From Octopus vulgaris (taxonomy: Eukaryota): a stretch of DNA of 64,000 nucleotides. Position numbers and translations under genes: made by a program. The DNA lies in assembly GCA_951406725.2 (NCBI GenBank), contig OX597814.1:42160001-42224000 (forward strand). Direction: 5' to 3'. The notes under the pieces were generated by a model that ran no database searches, had not been told where the DNA came from, and worked only from the letters and a program-made list of their open reading frames with translations. Shown one piece after another: positions 27,736 to 39,820 of this stretch (its first letter is position 1; each line of letters begins with the position of its first letter).

Positions 27736-28529
27736 ACGTTTTGTGAAGAGAAGATCAGTAGGTTTTCTAGGAAGTCACTTACAAATATATTGCATGTCAA
27801 ATGAAGTGACATCTGAAACCATGGAAGACTTAATTCCAGACATATATTTCACAGAATCCTTTACTCTAGGTTGTATTAACGAATTATTTATCTATCTTAC
27901 AATAACACTTGGACACTCATAAACTTTTGCCCGTTCTGTGAATCACCTTAGATACCCGGTGCATATTTTTCTGGCGCATTATATTGATACGTATTCCCAG
28001 TTTCTTTCAATCAACAGGACAACATGAGCCTTATGAAAGGGAACCACTAAATTAATAAGAGCATAGGAAACAAAAGCTAACTAAATGCTGCAAACTAGCA
28101 GAGACGTTTGAGTCAAGCTTATGCAAATGCTTTGTTCAGACAAAAGTGTTAAACCATAGTTCCCAAAAGAACTTGAAGAGGCCCTGTCCAACGACGGACA
28201 TTTTACTAGGCTTGTTATTTTTTCCATTGTCAAATCCATCTTCTTCGTATGAACTACATGCAGCATTGGGGGAATAGAAGACAAACTCCAGGGAATTGTT
28301 TGTACACGTAATGACGTTGAAGAAACTCTTCAACGTATAAAATGTACCTTCCCAACGCTACCGAAAACCTATATTTTTAAAATTCATAAATCTAATTCTT
28401 TCACGAGTAGAGGAACAGTAGTGGATGCATGGCAATAGTTCAAAGAAGCATAGATTTAATAACTATATTATTTCGATTTGATGTGTATCTCAGGCAAATC
28501 AAAGATAATAACTTCCAGTTATTCTGACG

Positions 28530-28870
28530 TACTTTCATTCCTAACCTCCCTACTATCGTCTTTTACTCACTTCCAATATTTCTAAGCTCATTGAAACAGC
28601 GACATTCTACAACACAATGCCTCAAAATTTCCACGTAACGATTAATAAAAAAATTTCCATAGAGCCCTATCGAATGTTCTCTCCTATCTCTTTGATCATT
28701 GAACTCTCTCACTGAAAATCATATTTGAGTGCAGGTTATAGTAAAAGACTATTCACCAGCAAGCCCTTTTTTACGAAACTGAAATCGAAAACCCACAATA
28801 GAAAGTTTGCATATGCCTGGTTTCCTCAAGTCTTCCACATCTTTTATTGGTAGCTAGATATATATAAGGA
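28530..28870 (+). mobile_element. Decayed CR1/Jockey-type LINE reverse transcriptase fragment
   Basis: YYRLLLTSNISKLIETA (~NYRPIxLTSxISKxxE), NVLSYLFDH*TLSL, and a HQQAL..KL-like stretch (~WHxxLLxKL). Confidence 0.55.
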
Positions 28871-29644
28871 TGACCTTTTTCTAACGTTCCAGAATTTCTC
28901 TCACCTCACTAATTTTCTTACTGCGTCTATAATTGCTACTACTTGAAGTAGATGACTAGATTTATGTCATTTCTTCTAAGTAATTCCCTGCACTTTCATG
29001 GCACATGCTTAATGGGCGACACTACTACTTAAACTTTTATACGAAAATGCTGATTATATAACATTTTCTTCTCAGCCGAGTGTTTTCATTTTTTTAGTCG
29101 ATGTGCAATGGTTCGAGATATATAATAATGGCATCAATCATACAGCGCAAAAAGGGAATGTTAATTCAAGGACGTTGTCTATCCTCTAGATAAAGCAAGT
29201 AGTAAATAACCTATACGTATATGCTTGTGTAGGAAACGCTGTAACATAATATTGTATGTTTTGAATCACACCTGAAGTAATTAATTTACTGTCGCGTACA
29301 TTATCATAATATCTTAAAGCATGAAGTACAAATCTCTGGATTTATATAGAATTTATCAACAAAGTTTTAATGTGGCATGTTCAGAAAACTGACTTAATTC
29401 GTTCTGTCTGACGTAATTAATTATGTCTGGCTATCACATATTCCTCTAATGAAGGTTATTACTGCATCGCGTAGAATATAAAATGAATCATTGGAAGGAA
29501 ATATATATTCCATCTGTAAATTGATTTACATTAATTAAAATATTGACGTTAAATAGACGTAACATATAAACACAACCTCTTATGCATATATAAATATATG
29601 TATCGACATATATACATATATATGGAAATATATGTATGCATGTG

Positions 29645-29708
<64 letters not shown>

Positions 29709-29788
29709 AAGAAAAGGAGTATACATATATGGTTGTATGTGTGTTGTACGTGTGTATATGTGAATATATATTCTTTACCCTTTAACCA

Positions 29789-30002
29789 TTACATTTTTCA
29801 ATTAGTAGACTGTGTCCTGAGGAACCACTTAGAAGAAACTTTAGTGAAATGAATCCACCATAGAATTTGTTGTGCTAGATACTAATTTTATCGAGCACTT
29901 TTCCCGAAACGCTGGTAAGTTACTGGGTCGTTAACACACCAGCATTGGTTGGCAAACAGATTGGAGGACAAATAGTCACACACGCTCATATATGATAATA
30001 TG

Positions 30003-30034
<32 letters not shown>

Positions 30035-30147
30035 CACGATGGTCTATTTTCACTTTCCGTCTCCGAAGGCATTGCTTGGTCCGAGGATAGAATCCTCCTG
30101 AACTGAGAACCATGTGGTTGGAAAAACAAGCTTCCTACCACACACCA
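29789..30147 (-). mobile_element. SINE family A, old and degenerate
   Basis: taagttactgggtcgttaacacaccagcattggttg...ggacaaa, (TA)n, tttccgtct...aaggcattg..ggtccgagg, gaaccatgtggttggaaaaacaagcttcctaccacacacc. Confidence 0.75.
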
Positions 30148-30651
30148 TAGGTGTTATGTTTTGTAAAAACACATATACATCCGTTTGAAATAGATATGAA
30201 CCCAAATTATATCCGCTATGATAAAGAATAAATTGAGTGACCGGGGAGGAAGCAATTACGTTTGAAAATTGAAACCACTTGGAAAGCAATTTAAATTGAC
30301 TTTCATTAAATAACCAATAATGAGATACTGGCAATAATCGTGAAAGACGCTCTCAGAGATTCTTAAAAATGGTAAACGTAAAACAATAAATACAATTAAA
30401 AATCAAAAATTTAACACGACTTAAGTAAAATGACCAGGAAATACACTCCTAAAAATATTTGGTCGAATATTGATTTAACGTGTTATCGATTATTTCGCGG
30501 TAATATTTGGCTTTTCATCATTTTACAAAGAGAAACATCATTTAGTTATTTTAAAATTGAATAGAAAAAAAAATCATTTTCAGAACGTTCTTGAAATCAG
30601 GTTTTCTCGATAATTTATGTGATGCGTTTTTTGAAACGTATGTATCAAATA

Positions 30652-31720
30652 TTGAGTCATCCCTTAAATAATGCGGTTTTCTTTCAGTAGCATGACGGGA
30701 TAAACTACTTGCATCAACTTGCTTTAAAAGCAGGTAGTAATATTACCATGTACTTATTCTTAGTACAAGGTTTAAAGAGTACAGTTCGATGTTAACAATT
30801 ATTATTTTAAAGCAATAATGGAAGTTACAAATGAGCGTATTCGGTATATTTTGATTTATGAGCTCATTAAAGGAAAAAGGCAAAATAATATTAATGCAGT
30901 ATATGGGGAGCTGACAATAAGCGTAAGTCAGTGTCAACTGTGGTTCAGGTAATTCCAAGCCGGAAACTACACCGTTGAAGACGTGATGCGTCCTGGAATA
31001 TCTGTAGAGCTCGTTGAGGACTACCTGCAAACCATGCTGGAATAAAACCCCAACGTAACTGTTGACGAACTAGCAGTAAAGCTTGGATTTGGTCATTCAA
31101 CCTGCGTGCCATCAGAAAAGTTAGCAAATTGGAACAATGGAGTCGTCACAAACTTTGCGAGAGTAATCCCGAGCAAAGAGTGAATGTGTGCATTTCTTTG
31201 CTGCCACGTCTCATGAATGAACCTTTCTTCGACTGAAGAGTGACTCAGGACGAGAAATGGGCTTTCCATAAATATGTCAAGCGCCGAAAATAGTGGGTAG
31301 AGAATGAAGAAACACTTGTACCCGAGGCTAAAGATGATCTTCACAAAAGGTGATCTTCCATCAGGATAATGTTCGATCACATTACAACGAGAATGTCATT
31401 CGAAAGGCTAGAACAATTTGAATGGGTAGCGATACCCCACCCACCATATTCGCTGGACATTGCTCCAACTGATTATTATTTATTCCGCTATCTTCAAAAT
31501 CATTTGGACGGCTAAAATACGAATTCTGTAGATAAGGTCGGAACAGTAGTGGACGAGTATTTTTCGTCATGGACAAGTGAATTGTAGAAGAGGGGCCATG
31601 CAATTCTACCAGATAGATGGAAGAGCATTGCAGAAAATGAAGGATTAAAAAAGCACTTTGCCTCTGTTATGTTTGAAGAATAATAGAAGTATAAAAAACT
31701 GCATTATTTATGGGATGACC
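30652..31720 (+). mobile_element. Mariner (DD34D) transposon, internally deleted pseudo-transposase with both TIRs
   Basis: TA|ttgagtcatcccttaaataatgcggtttt and aaaactgcattatttatgggatgacc TIRs. ATG at 30818: MEVTNERIRYILIYELIKG...NINAVYGELTISVSQCQLWF; TQDEKW; FHQDNVRSH; IPHPPYSLDIAPTDYYLFRYLQNHLDG. The segment between DLH and VIFHQDN is missing. Confidence 0.93.
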
Positions 31721-31724
31721 ATGA

Positions 31725-33971
31725 CATCTTTCTCTCTAAACTAAGATTCCACACGCAAGAAGCTAACCCTAGTGACGTCTCTCCAGCATACCTATTTAAC
31801 ATGAATGTCTATGATGTCGACTGGGACGCAATTACGTACGAGTTAGCACATGTTGACTGGTCTTTCACACGTGCATACACCTCCTCCAGCATCAAAATAT
31901 CTTGGCAGGTCTTTGAAGATACTGTCAGAAACATATGTGCAAAACACACCATACCAAAACCTGTGAAGTAAACTAAGTCTAGAATCCCCAAAACAGAAAA
32001 GTTATTATCAGAAAATTATAAAGAACAAACCAAAACATTACCAACACTGCCAACAACCACACACATATTCGACGGCTATCGCTCTGCTCGAATCCAAAAA
32101 ATACAACCTTCAATAATACATGAAGACCATCATCAATAACCAAAGTCAACTTTTGCGAAAAAACACTAGGTCACTGTCTCCACTTTTGGCCTTATAATTG
32201 ATGAAAATGGCACTCTTCAAGATAATATCAAAACCATAATTGAGATACTGCAGTAACAGTATTGCTCTGCTTAAATCAATCCTGATATGGCCGATATGGA
32301 CTGTATCACTGATGATAGTTCTCAGCACACTATATCGGACATAACATTTGGCGCCCCTGATATATTAGCAGCAATAAACGAACTTAAACACAATTCATCA
32401 GTAGGCCTTGATAGGGTTCTCTGCTTGTGCTCTCGTGGTGAGTCGACACCAACTTGCATCTCCTCTTGCTAATCTGTGGAGGAACTCACCGGACGCTGGC
32501 TATATTCCTGAAAACTTTCTGTTCCAGAGAATAGAAAGAGAAACAAGTCCCTTGCATTGAGCTACCGTCTGATCTGACTCATCTCTCATATCATCAAGGT
32601 ATTTGAGAGGCAGGTCAGATCACAAATAACCAACCTTTTTCAATGCAGCAAACTGCAGAACCCCAAAAAGCATGGGTTCCGTAATTGAAGGAACAGCCTA
32701 ACGCAGCTCCTGCAACACTTTGGCGACATTTTGAGAGTTTTCGGAGAGGCTCCAACATCGATGTCATGAACCTAGATTTCAGCAAGACCTTTGATATGGT
32801 TGATCATAAGATTCTCTTGTTGAAAAAAAACTACCCAACATTGGTGCCTCTGAAAAGTTACTACAATGAATCAAGTGTTTCCTGATAGACAGAAAACAAC
32901 TCGTTGTAATCGAATGAGAAATATCAAGCCCAACCAAAGTCAGGAGTGGTGTTCCTCAAGGTACTCTATTGTGGCTACTTCTGTTCATCATCTACATCAA
33001 TGCATTGCTGACGTCATCAAGCACAGCAACATAAGAATCTTTTCAGATGATTCCAAGATCCAGAAAGTCATCAATCAATCTAGTAGGTGACCAAACATGT
33101 CTTCAGTGAGATCTTCTGGCTGTCATCATTTGAACAAAAAAAGAAAAATATGCTGCTGAACGAAGAAAAATGCATACTCCGAAACGTCTATACACCCATC
33201 CTTCACTTGAAACTGTTATGGCATCGAACAACATCAGACACTTGAGAGTACTTGTGGATAGCAACATAATATGGGCCGCTCATTTAAACAGCAAAGTTGA
33301 TATGGCCCGCAGAACGTGTTCCTGGATTCTCAGAACTTTCCAGTAGAGTGATATCCAAACCATTATCATTCTCTTCTCTACTTTTACCCTATCCCACCTT
33401 GAATACTGCTGTCCAATGTAGTCTCCTAACATGAAAAGAAGTATTATGAAAGTTTAATATTTTCAATGGTCAATTACAAAAAAAGATAGATGGCATGACA
33501 GGTCTTGATTTATTGGGGTTAACTAGAAAAGCTGATGCTTTATTCTCTACAACGCTGCTGTGATTGCTACCTAATTTGCATGATGTGGAAAATATCCCAT
33601 CAGTATTGACCAAATGATGTTGCCATCACCTTCAAAATACACCCAGGACTTGGGCTATCCTCCCACAACATAAACCATACTAGCAGCACATAAGAAAAAC
33701 AAGGCACAATTATTTTACCTCATTTGACCCCTCTCTCTCTCTTTAATATTACACCAAAACACATTAAATCAGAAACAGACCCCATACATTTCAAGAAGTC
33801 ATTGGAAAACTTCCTTCAAGAAATCGCGTATAAACCTCGTACACACGGTTATGTCTCCAGAAACAATAACTTTCCACTCGAGTGGGCCATATTGTACGAT
33901 TCCTGATTTTAATGACTTCGCTAGGCGATACTATTATGTTAGACATGACCTGGGCTAATAGTGGCCGAAAC
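31725..33971 (+). mobile_element. 5'-truncated CR1/L2-like LINE (RT domain and 3' UTR), pseudogenised
   Basis: DWDAITYELAHVDW; HIIKVFER; KHGFR; GSNIDVMNLDFSKTFDMVDHKILL; SGVPQGTLL; IRIFSDDSKIQK (FADD); HLEYCCP; SLENFLQEIAYKP. Many stops and frameshifts; ends at ggccgaaac followed by gtat-like repeats. Confidence 0.93.
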
Positions 33972-35184
33972 GTATGAATGTATGTCTTACTATATGTATG
34001 TAATGTGAGTGTGTTCATATATGTGTATATATCTCTGTATATTGAAGCCACATATGCGTAAGGCGAAGTATGTTACAAAATATTGTTTGCTGATACTTGT
34101 AGGTTACGTTATTCTTTATATCAACTGAAAAGAAAAGCATATGGTATTGTCTCTTTTGAAAAGTTTAATGGCTAAAACGATTTTATTATAGTCGTAAACT
34201 CTATTTTCATACTGTGTATTGTAATATTATCGACCGCCAGTATTTTTTTTCGCATCCCTACCATACTTAAAGGGAATTAACACCACACTCTGGCTACTAC
34301 GTTAATGAAAATTCCTAAATATAATGTTTAGGTGTGAAAGCAAATAAGTAACATATTCTAAAAAATATCACATCGAATATTTTTACATATGGGAAATAGA
34401 TGTGCCATTCTGATTTTCTCATATTCGAATATTCCTAGGTGAATATATTAATAAAGGTATCTGGGAGTATTAAGACTGATACATGGCAGTATCCCAATGA
34501 TTATAATCACCTGTCCACCCGCCAATGTAAATATCTAAATTGCTTTGCATGAATATCAATGATTATTTTATGGGTCGTTATCTTTCGCCAAATAAAGTTT
34601 ATTCCTATCAAATGTATGTCAAATATTTCATTTGCTTGCCAACCTAAACACGGACACAGTCTAATTTGTATATCGTGTGATTTTCAATTTTACATGATTA
34701 CATCATATAGACAAGATATCAATTATGAAATAATATGATTAAGTTCATTGCAAATAGGATGCGAACCCGGAAAGAAAGACTATCTAATATGCATTTTCAT
34801 CTTGTCATTCAGTTTCAACAGTTGACCGATTGTATCCGGGTTATAAACGTGTAATCGCAGAGGCAGCTCATTTTTCTGTTACAATGAAACTTAAATAAAT
34901 ATATTGTACAAAATAGTTGATATTATTATAGTATACTAATTCTTGTATATCGCATTGCAAAAAATTGAGTTTTGCTTCTGAAAAGGGTCGGGGGACTGAT
35001 TGAAAACAAGAGAAACAAATTAATGGAAATAATATTATCGAAAGCTTTCGGATGAACATCAAAATTGTTGTTGATAGGATAAAAATACAACAATAGTTTC
35101 TGTAGCAGTTTTCTTATTCATGAAATATTTTCCACTCATAATGTTTAAAAACATTAATTCCCCACTTGAATACTGGCATCGAAG

Positions 35185-35385
35185 CCTGCACAAGGCCAGC
35201 AATTTCAATGAAGGGGTGCTAAATCAATTAGATGGAACCCAATGCTCAGCTAGTACTTATTATATCGATCCCGAAAGTTTGAAAGAAAAAGCCGATCTTG
35301 GCAGAATTTGGACACGGGCGTTTAGACGGGCGAAATGTCGTTAAGCATTTCCCCCAGCCAGCTAGCGATTTTGCCAGCTCACCCC
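35185..35385 (-). mobile_element. SINE family B (Nin/Deu-domain)
   Basis: gcacaaggccagcaatttc tail; agtacttattatatcgatcccgaaag Nin/Deu block; taagcatttcccccagccagctagcgattttgccagctcacc head. Confidence 0.8.
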
Positions 35386-35579
35386 ATATTGAACTAATAT
35401 TGTACATCTCAGTGATTATTTAAAATGCACTTTATCCTATTCTGAAAAAGAAATAAAGCAGTTCAATAATGAAAATACGTCAGATAGTTTTCCAATGGAA
35501 GTTTTTTTGATTATCAATCTGTTCCATCATGTAAGACATTCAATTTAAATACAGCACCTCTTTACTTTCAGTCATAATA

Positions 35580-35984
35580 CTCTTTTACTTGTTTCAGTCA
35601 TTTGACTGCGACCATGCTGGAGCACCACCTCTAGTCGAGCAACTCGACCCCGGGACTCATTCTTTGTAAGCCCAGTACTCATTCTATCGGTCTCTTTCGC
35701 CGAACCGCTAAGTGACGGGGACGCAAACACACCAGCATCGGTTGTCAAGCAATGCTAGGGGGACAAACACAGACACACAAACACACACACACATACATAC
35801 ATATATATATATACATATATACGACAGGCTTCTTTCAGTTTCCGTCTACCAAATCCACTCACAAGGCATTGGTCGGCCCGGGGCTATATAAGAAGACACT
35901 TGCCCAAGATGCCACGCAGTGGAACTGAACCCGGAACCATGTGGTTGGTTACCAAGCTACTTACCACACAGCCACTCCTGCGCC
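35580..35984 (-). mobile_element. SINE family A, best-preserved full-length copy
   Basis: Head GGCGCAGGAGTGGCTGTGTGGTAAG...GGGTTCAGTTCC; CTTGGGCAAGTGTCTTCT; internal (TA)n(TG)n; tail GGTGGTGCTCCAGCATGGTCGCAGTCAAATGACTGAAACAAGTAAAAGAG. Confidence 0.95.
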
Positions 35985-36139
35985 GAAAATAATGTTTTAT
36001 TTTATAATTAATATATATCAAAATTGCCTCTTGTATTATATAATTTCACTTTCAATAATTTCAATTTAACAGATATTGAAAATCTGATGTGAGTGTTTTA
36101 TTGTGTTCGAGAAGACGTATGCAGAAAATAAATTTACGA

Positions 36140-36500
36140 ATTAGCGATGGAATTATTTTCCAAGGGATTTGCAACTACGATTCGTGGATCGCTACCTCAA
36201 CAGCTCCTTTATAGGATCCAGTGGCTAAGGATGCCATCAGGAGGAACCACATCCGGTTTCAGTCCCTACTCCTCTACTATTTTTGACGTGGCGGCCCCTT
36301 TCATTTCTTTTTTTCTTTGGCCGTTTGTACTTGGTTTGTTCGATGCAACGTGAACGAATGTCAGCGGGGGAACCGCTCTTCTAAATTAAATACTCGTCGG
36401 TAGGCTCCAGCAACCAGCGCCAGCTAACTGTCACGTGACACAATCTAAGCCTCAACTGAACAATGGAGGGGAAGGGCGCATAGTTTTGGCCTGCGCGCTC
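36140..36500. promoter_or_regulatory. GC/CpG-enriched patch with palindromic E-box TGTCACGTGACA (CLEAR-like); function unproven
   Basis: tgtcacgtgaca at 36429-36440; acatccgg (ETS-like CCGGATGT on minus) near 36249; visibly more CpG than flanks. Could instead be a retroelement 5' region. Confidence 0.2.
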
Positions 36501-37184
36501 TTAAAAATTATGACACAAAATAAACCATTAATAAATAACATGTTTATTAATAAATTCATGTAAGGCAACAACTTCGTGTAGCCAATGAATAAATTCGTAT
36601 GTATCTGCAATTTATATTGCATTATATTGCAATGTATCTAGAGGAAATTTATCGAAATTTGGCGATCATAGACTTTCAGTTTCTTCCTCTCTTTTTCTCT
36701 AAGCACGCGTTGTTTACTCCCCTGTCTTCGATCGGATCCCTATACCTACCAGTGAATTATCATGCTATTTTTGCTGAAGCACATTCACTTACAACCTAAG
36801 TCAATTTATCGTTTACTTTACCTCCTACTTCAACAACAATATCGAATATATTTCAGCGCGCAAACCTACCTGAAATAATGCCCTAGGTTTTATATAACGA
36901 CAGAGTAAATATTATTGTAAGTAAGCTATTTTCTACGAAAGGCATACACAGTCATGCCTCGAATGGCCTTTGTTCAAAAGGATATCGGTTGTATTGGGGT
37001 TGATCAGAGGCAACAAAATAACATTTGATTCAATAACGTTTTATTTAGACTTATATAAACCACAGAGCCTTAGTGAAGTGACAGACAAAGAGAAATGTAC
37101 TTGATTCCTTCGCAAATAAAATTCTCTCCAGTAAGAAATCGACTCGATCAAAAAAACTGCCATGGGGAGCGTCAAAGATATTGC

Positions 37185-37233
<49 letters not shown>

Positions 37234-37384
37234 ATGTGTGTGTGTATGTATGTATGTATGTGTGTGTGTGTGTGTGTATAAATGTAGATGGGATTTCCTC
37301 AAGCTGTGTCCTCTCAATTGACACCACTTGGCAGGAGTGACAGGAAGTTCTGTCTAAGAATTTGCAGCGAGAACAAGGGATCCT

Positions 37385-37565
37385 TTAGTCCAAATGGACC
37401 ATATTCTTGTGAACCGAAAACTGGGACTCTAACAGGGGATACTAATCCGGGTTAGAGTAGGGTTGGGATCAAAAGTGACAAATAGGTGGTTTCACACTTC
37501 TCAAAGACCTAGAACTCTCGTACCAGGACCCCACCATCGGATGCATTTTAGTCTTACACAAGGCA
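37385..37565 (+). mobile_element. RTE-related fragment: endonuclease motif followed by an RTE/SINE-like 5' segment
   Basis: gtccaaatggaccatattcttgtgaaccgaaaa = VQMDHILVNRK (~SQIDHILVNRKW), followed by gggactctaacagg...ccgggttagagtagg...caccatcggatgca. Confidence 0.5.
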
Positions 37566-38589
37566 GAAATACATATACACACGTGTATAGATACACGCAC
37601 ACATACACACACGATTATATAGAGAGAGATAGATAAGGGGGGAAAGAGGGAAGAGAGATGAGAGACAAAGATAGAGAGAGAGAGATAAGTTGAAAGAAGG
37701 AAAAGAGGGAGAAAGAGAGGAGAGATAGTGATAGGTACATCTGAAGACTTGAGCTAAGCAATATTTTGTGAGTGAAATTGATAGATTGTAGTTACTACTC
37801 AAAACGAACGAGTAGTAACTAAATATCTCAATGAATTTATTCCGGGTGGTCTAGTTTCTGTGATTGAATACTTTCATGTAATTGTGTAATGTATAGACGT
37901 CGATCCATCTCGTAATCGATATTTTGTGTGACACCTAAGATGGTAGTGCAATTATATCCGAAATAAAATCTTTAATAATATACATGTAATAAAATATTAA
38001 AATATCACTATAAAAATAGTGACGAAATAGTTAGATAGAACAAAAAAATATATTTAAAATATACATTTCTCCTTCAAAAATCGGTTAGGTGTAACTAAAT
38101 TTCTAGATACTCAAACGGAAATAACTTCCGATGAGCTAAAACGAAGTAAATTCTTAGATATAAGAATTGAAACAAATCAAAAGCAAATCGTTAAAACAGA
38201 AGTAAAATGAAAGATTATCTATACGTGCTATTATATTTACAAATGTTAAAGAAAGTGGTATTACTAACATGTTCGTTCATATTGCACAAAATGTTTAACG
38301 ATCAATATATACTAAACAATGTCGTTATTTTTTTTCTAAATATATCGCTCAGTAAAACGAAATTGAGGTAAGTTGCAGCACTTGGCAGATTTGTTTGAAG
38401 AGACGAAGTCCTCGATTTTAAGCATGCATATAGGTATGTACGAACTTACGCATGATTGCACGAATGCATAGATGTTTTTTAAAGTACGCATATATTTCAA
38501 TACACACATACATGCACATGCATATATATACAGGTGTGTCTACATATACAAACACGTGTAGACAAACATGCGGACACATACATATATAT

Positions 38590-38717
38590 AACTGAAATTT
38601 GGAGAGGAAGTAGTTGATTTTATCGAGTCTTTTACATGACTGATAGTTATTTTATCGACCCTAACTTAATGTTAGTTAAGTCGACCTTGCTGGAGTTTGA
38701 ACTCAGAACGTAAAGAC
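38590..38717 (-). mobile_element. SINE family B fragment lacking the A-box head
   Basis: ttattttatcgaccc...aagtcgaccttgctggagtttgaactcagaacgtaaagacg (Nin/Deu block and B box). Confidence 0.75.
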
Positions 38718-38770
38718 GAATGGACGTAAAGACGGATGGACGTAAAGACGGATGGACATAAAGATGGATG
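38708..38770. repeat. 16-bp minisatellite, 4 copies
   Basis: acgtaaagacgaatgg / acgtaaagacggatgg / acgtaaagacggatgg / acataaagatggatg. Confidence 0.92.
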
Positions 38771-39113
38771 TTGAGCTTTTTAGATTTTCAGATCACATGC
38801 AAATGATTGCAGGTATTTTTCTGGCTAACTTGAAGTCCTTTTGTCAGTTGTCGAGTGGATTTAAGTGGATCTTTCTCAATGACGGTTTTTTTAATTCACC
38901 GTCGTCAATAATAGATGTGCGTCCACTGTGCTCACGATCTTCAAGGCTCAGATCTCCATTGCGAAATTCTTTAAACCATTTTACAGCCGACAACTAACTC
39001 GTCATTTCCTCACGAGACGTTTCGTTGGTATCGCGTGAATTTTCAGCTGATTTACGTTCTTTTTTGTAGTTGAATAGCAGAATTGCACGAATATCGCTAT
39101 TTGACTGTTCCAT
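38771..39113 (-). mobile_element. Mariner transposase N-terminal (HTH) fragment
   Basis: MEQSNSDIRAILLFNYKKERKSAENSRDTNET...*...KWFKEFRNGDLSLEDREHSGRTSIIDDGELK..IEKDPLKSTRQL...NHLHVI*KSKKL; the WFxxFxxGDxSLEDxxxSGR motif is typical of mariner. Confidence 0.88.
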
Positions 39114-39170
39114 TTCACATGATAGTAACAACGGTGAAAAAAAAAAACAATGTTAATTTATTGATATATA

Positions 39171-39560
39171 GGCGCAAGAGAGACTGCATGATAAGTAGCT
39201 TGCTTACCAGCGACATGGTTGCGGTTTCAGTTCCACTGCGTGGCACCCTGGGCAACTGTCTACTTCTATAGCCTCGGGCCGACCACAGCCTTGTGAGTGG
39301 CTTTGGTAGACGGAAACTGTATATATGTATATATATATGTACTTGTGTGTATATGATTTGTGTACCTGTATTTGTCCCGCCAAAATCGCTTGACAACCGA
39401 GAATGGTGTGTTTACGTCACCGTAACTTAGCGGTTCGGCAAAAAGACCGCTAGAATAAGTGCTAGGATTACAAAAAGTTCTGGGGTCGATTTGCTCGACT
39501 AAAGGTGGTGCTACAGCATGGCCGGAGTCAAATGACTGAAACAAATAAAAGTGAGTAAAA
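39171..39560 (+). mobile_element. SINE family A, full length
   Basis: ggcgcaagag...gtttcagttccactgcgtggcaccctgggcaactgtct...ggtagacggaaactg, (TA/TG) tract, cttagcggttcggcaaaa, aaaggtggtgctacagcatggccggagtcaaatgactgaaacaaataaaag. Confidence 0.92.
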
Positions 39561-39644
39561 GCGAGTATTGGTACAATTCTATGTCTGTACCATCTGACAA
39601 TTTCGAAACGATGCTTTCAAGTATTCAACACTGCAAAAATCAAA

Positions 39645-39645
<1 letters not shown>

Positions 39646-39719
<74 letters not shown>

Positions 39720-39733
39720 TATTATTATTATTA

Positions 39734-39775
<42 letters not shown>

Positions 39776-39820
39776 TTTATTATAATAATAATATTTTTTA
39801 TTATTAATACTATAATTATT
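39646..39820. repeat. (TTA/TAA)n microsatellite at the 3' side of the R4/Dong element
   Basis: Long attattatt run. Confidence 0.95.

Noticed and set aside
35900-35984. tRNA-like A and B boxes
   Set aside because: These are SINE heads; no complete cloverleaf, so no tRNA gene is called here or at the other copies.
38708-38770. Short direct repeats that could suggest a CRISPR array
   Set aside because: Head-to-tail units with no spacers, eukaryotic context and no cas genes.
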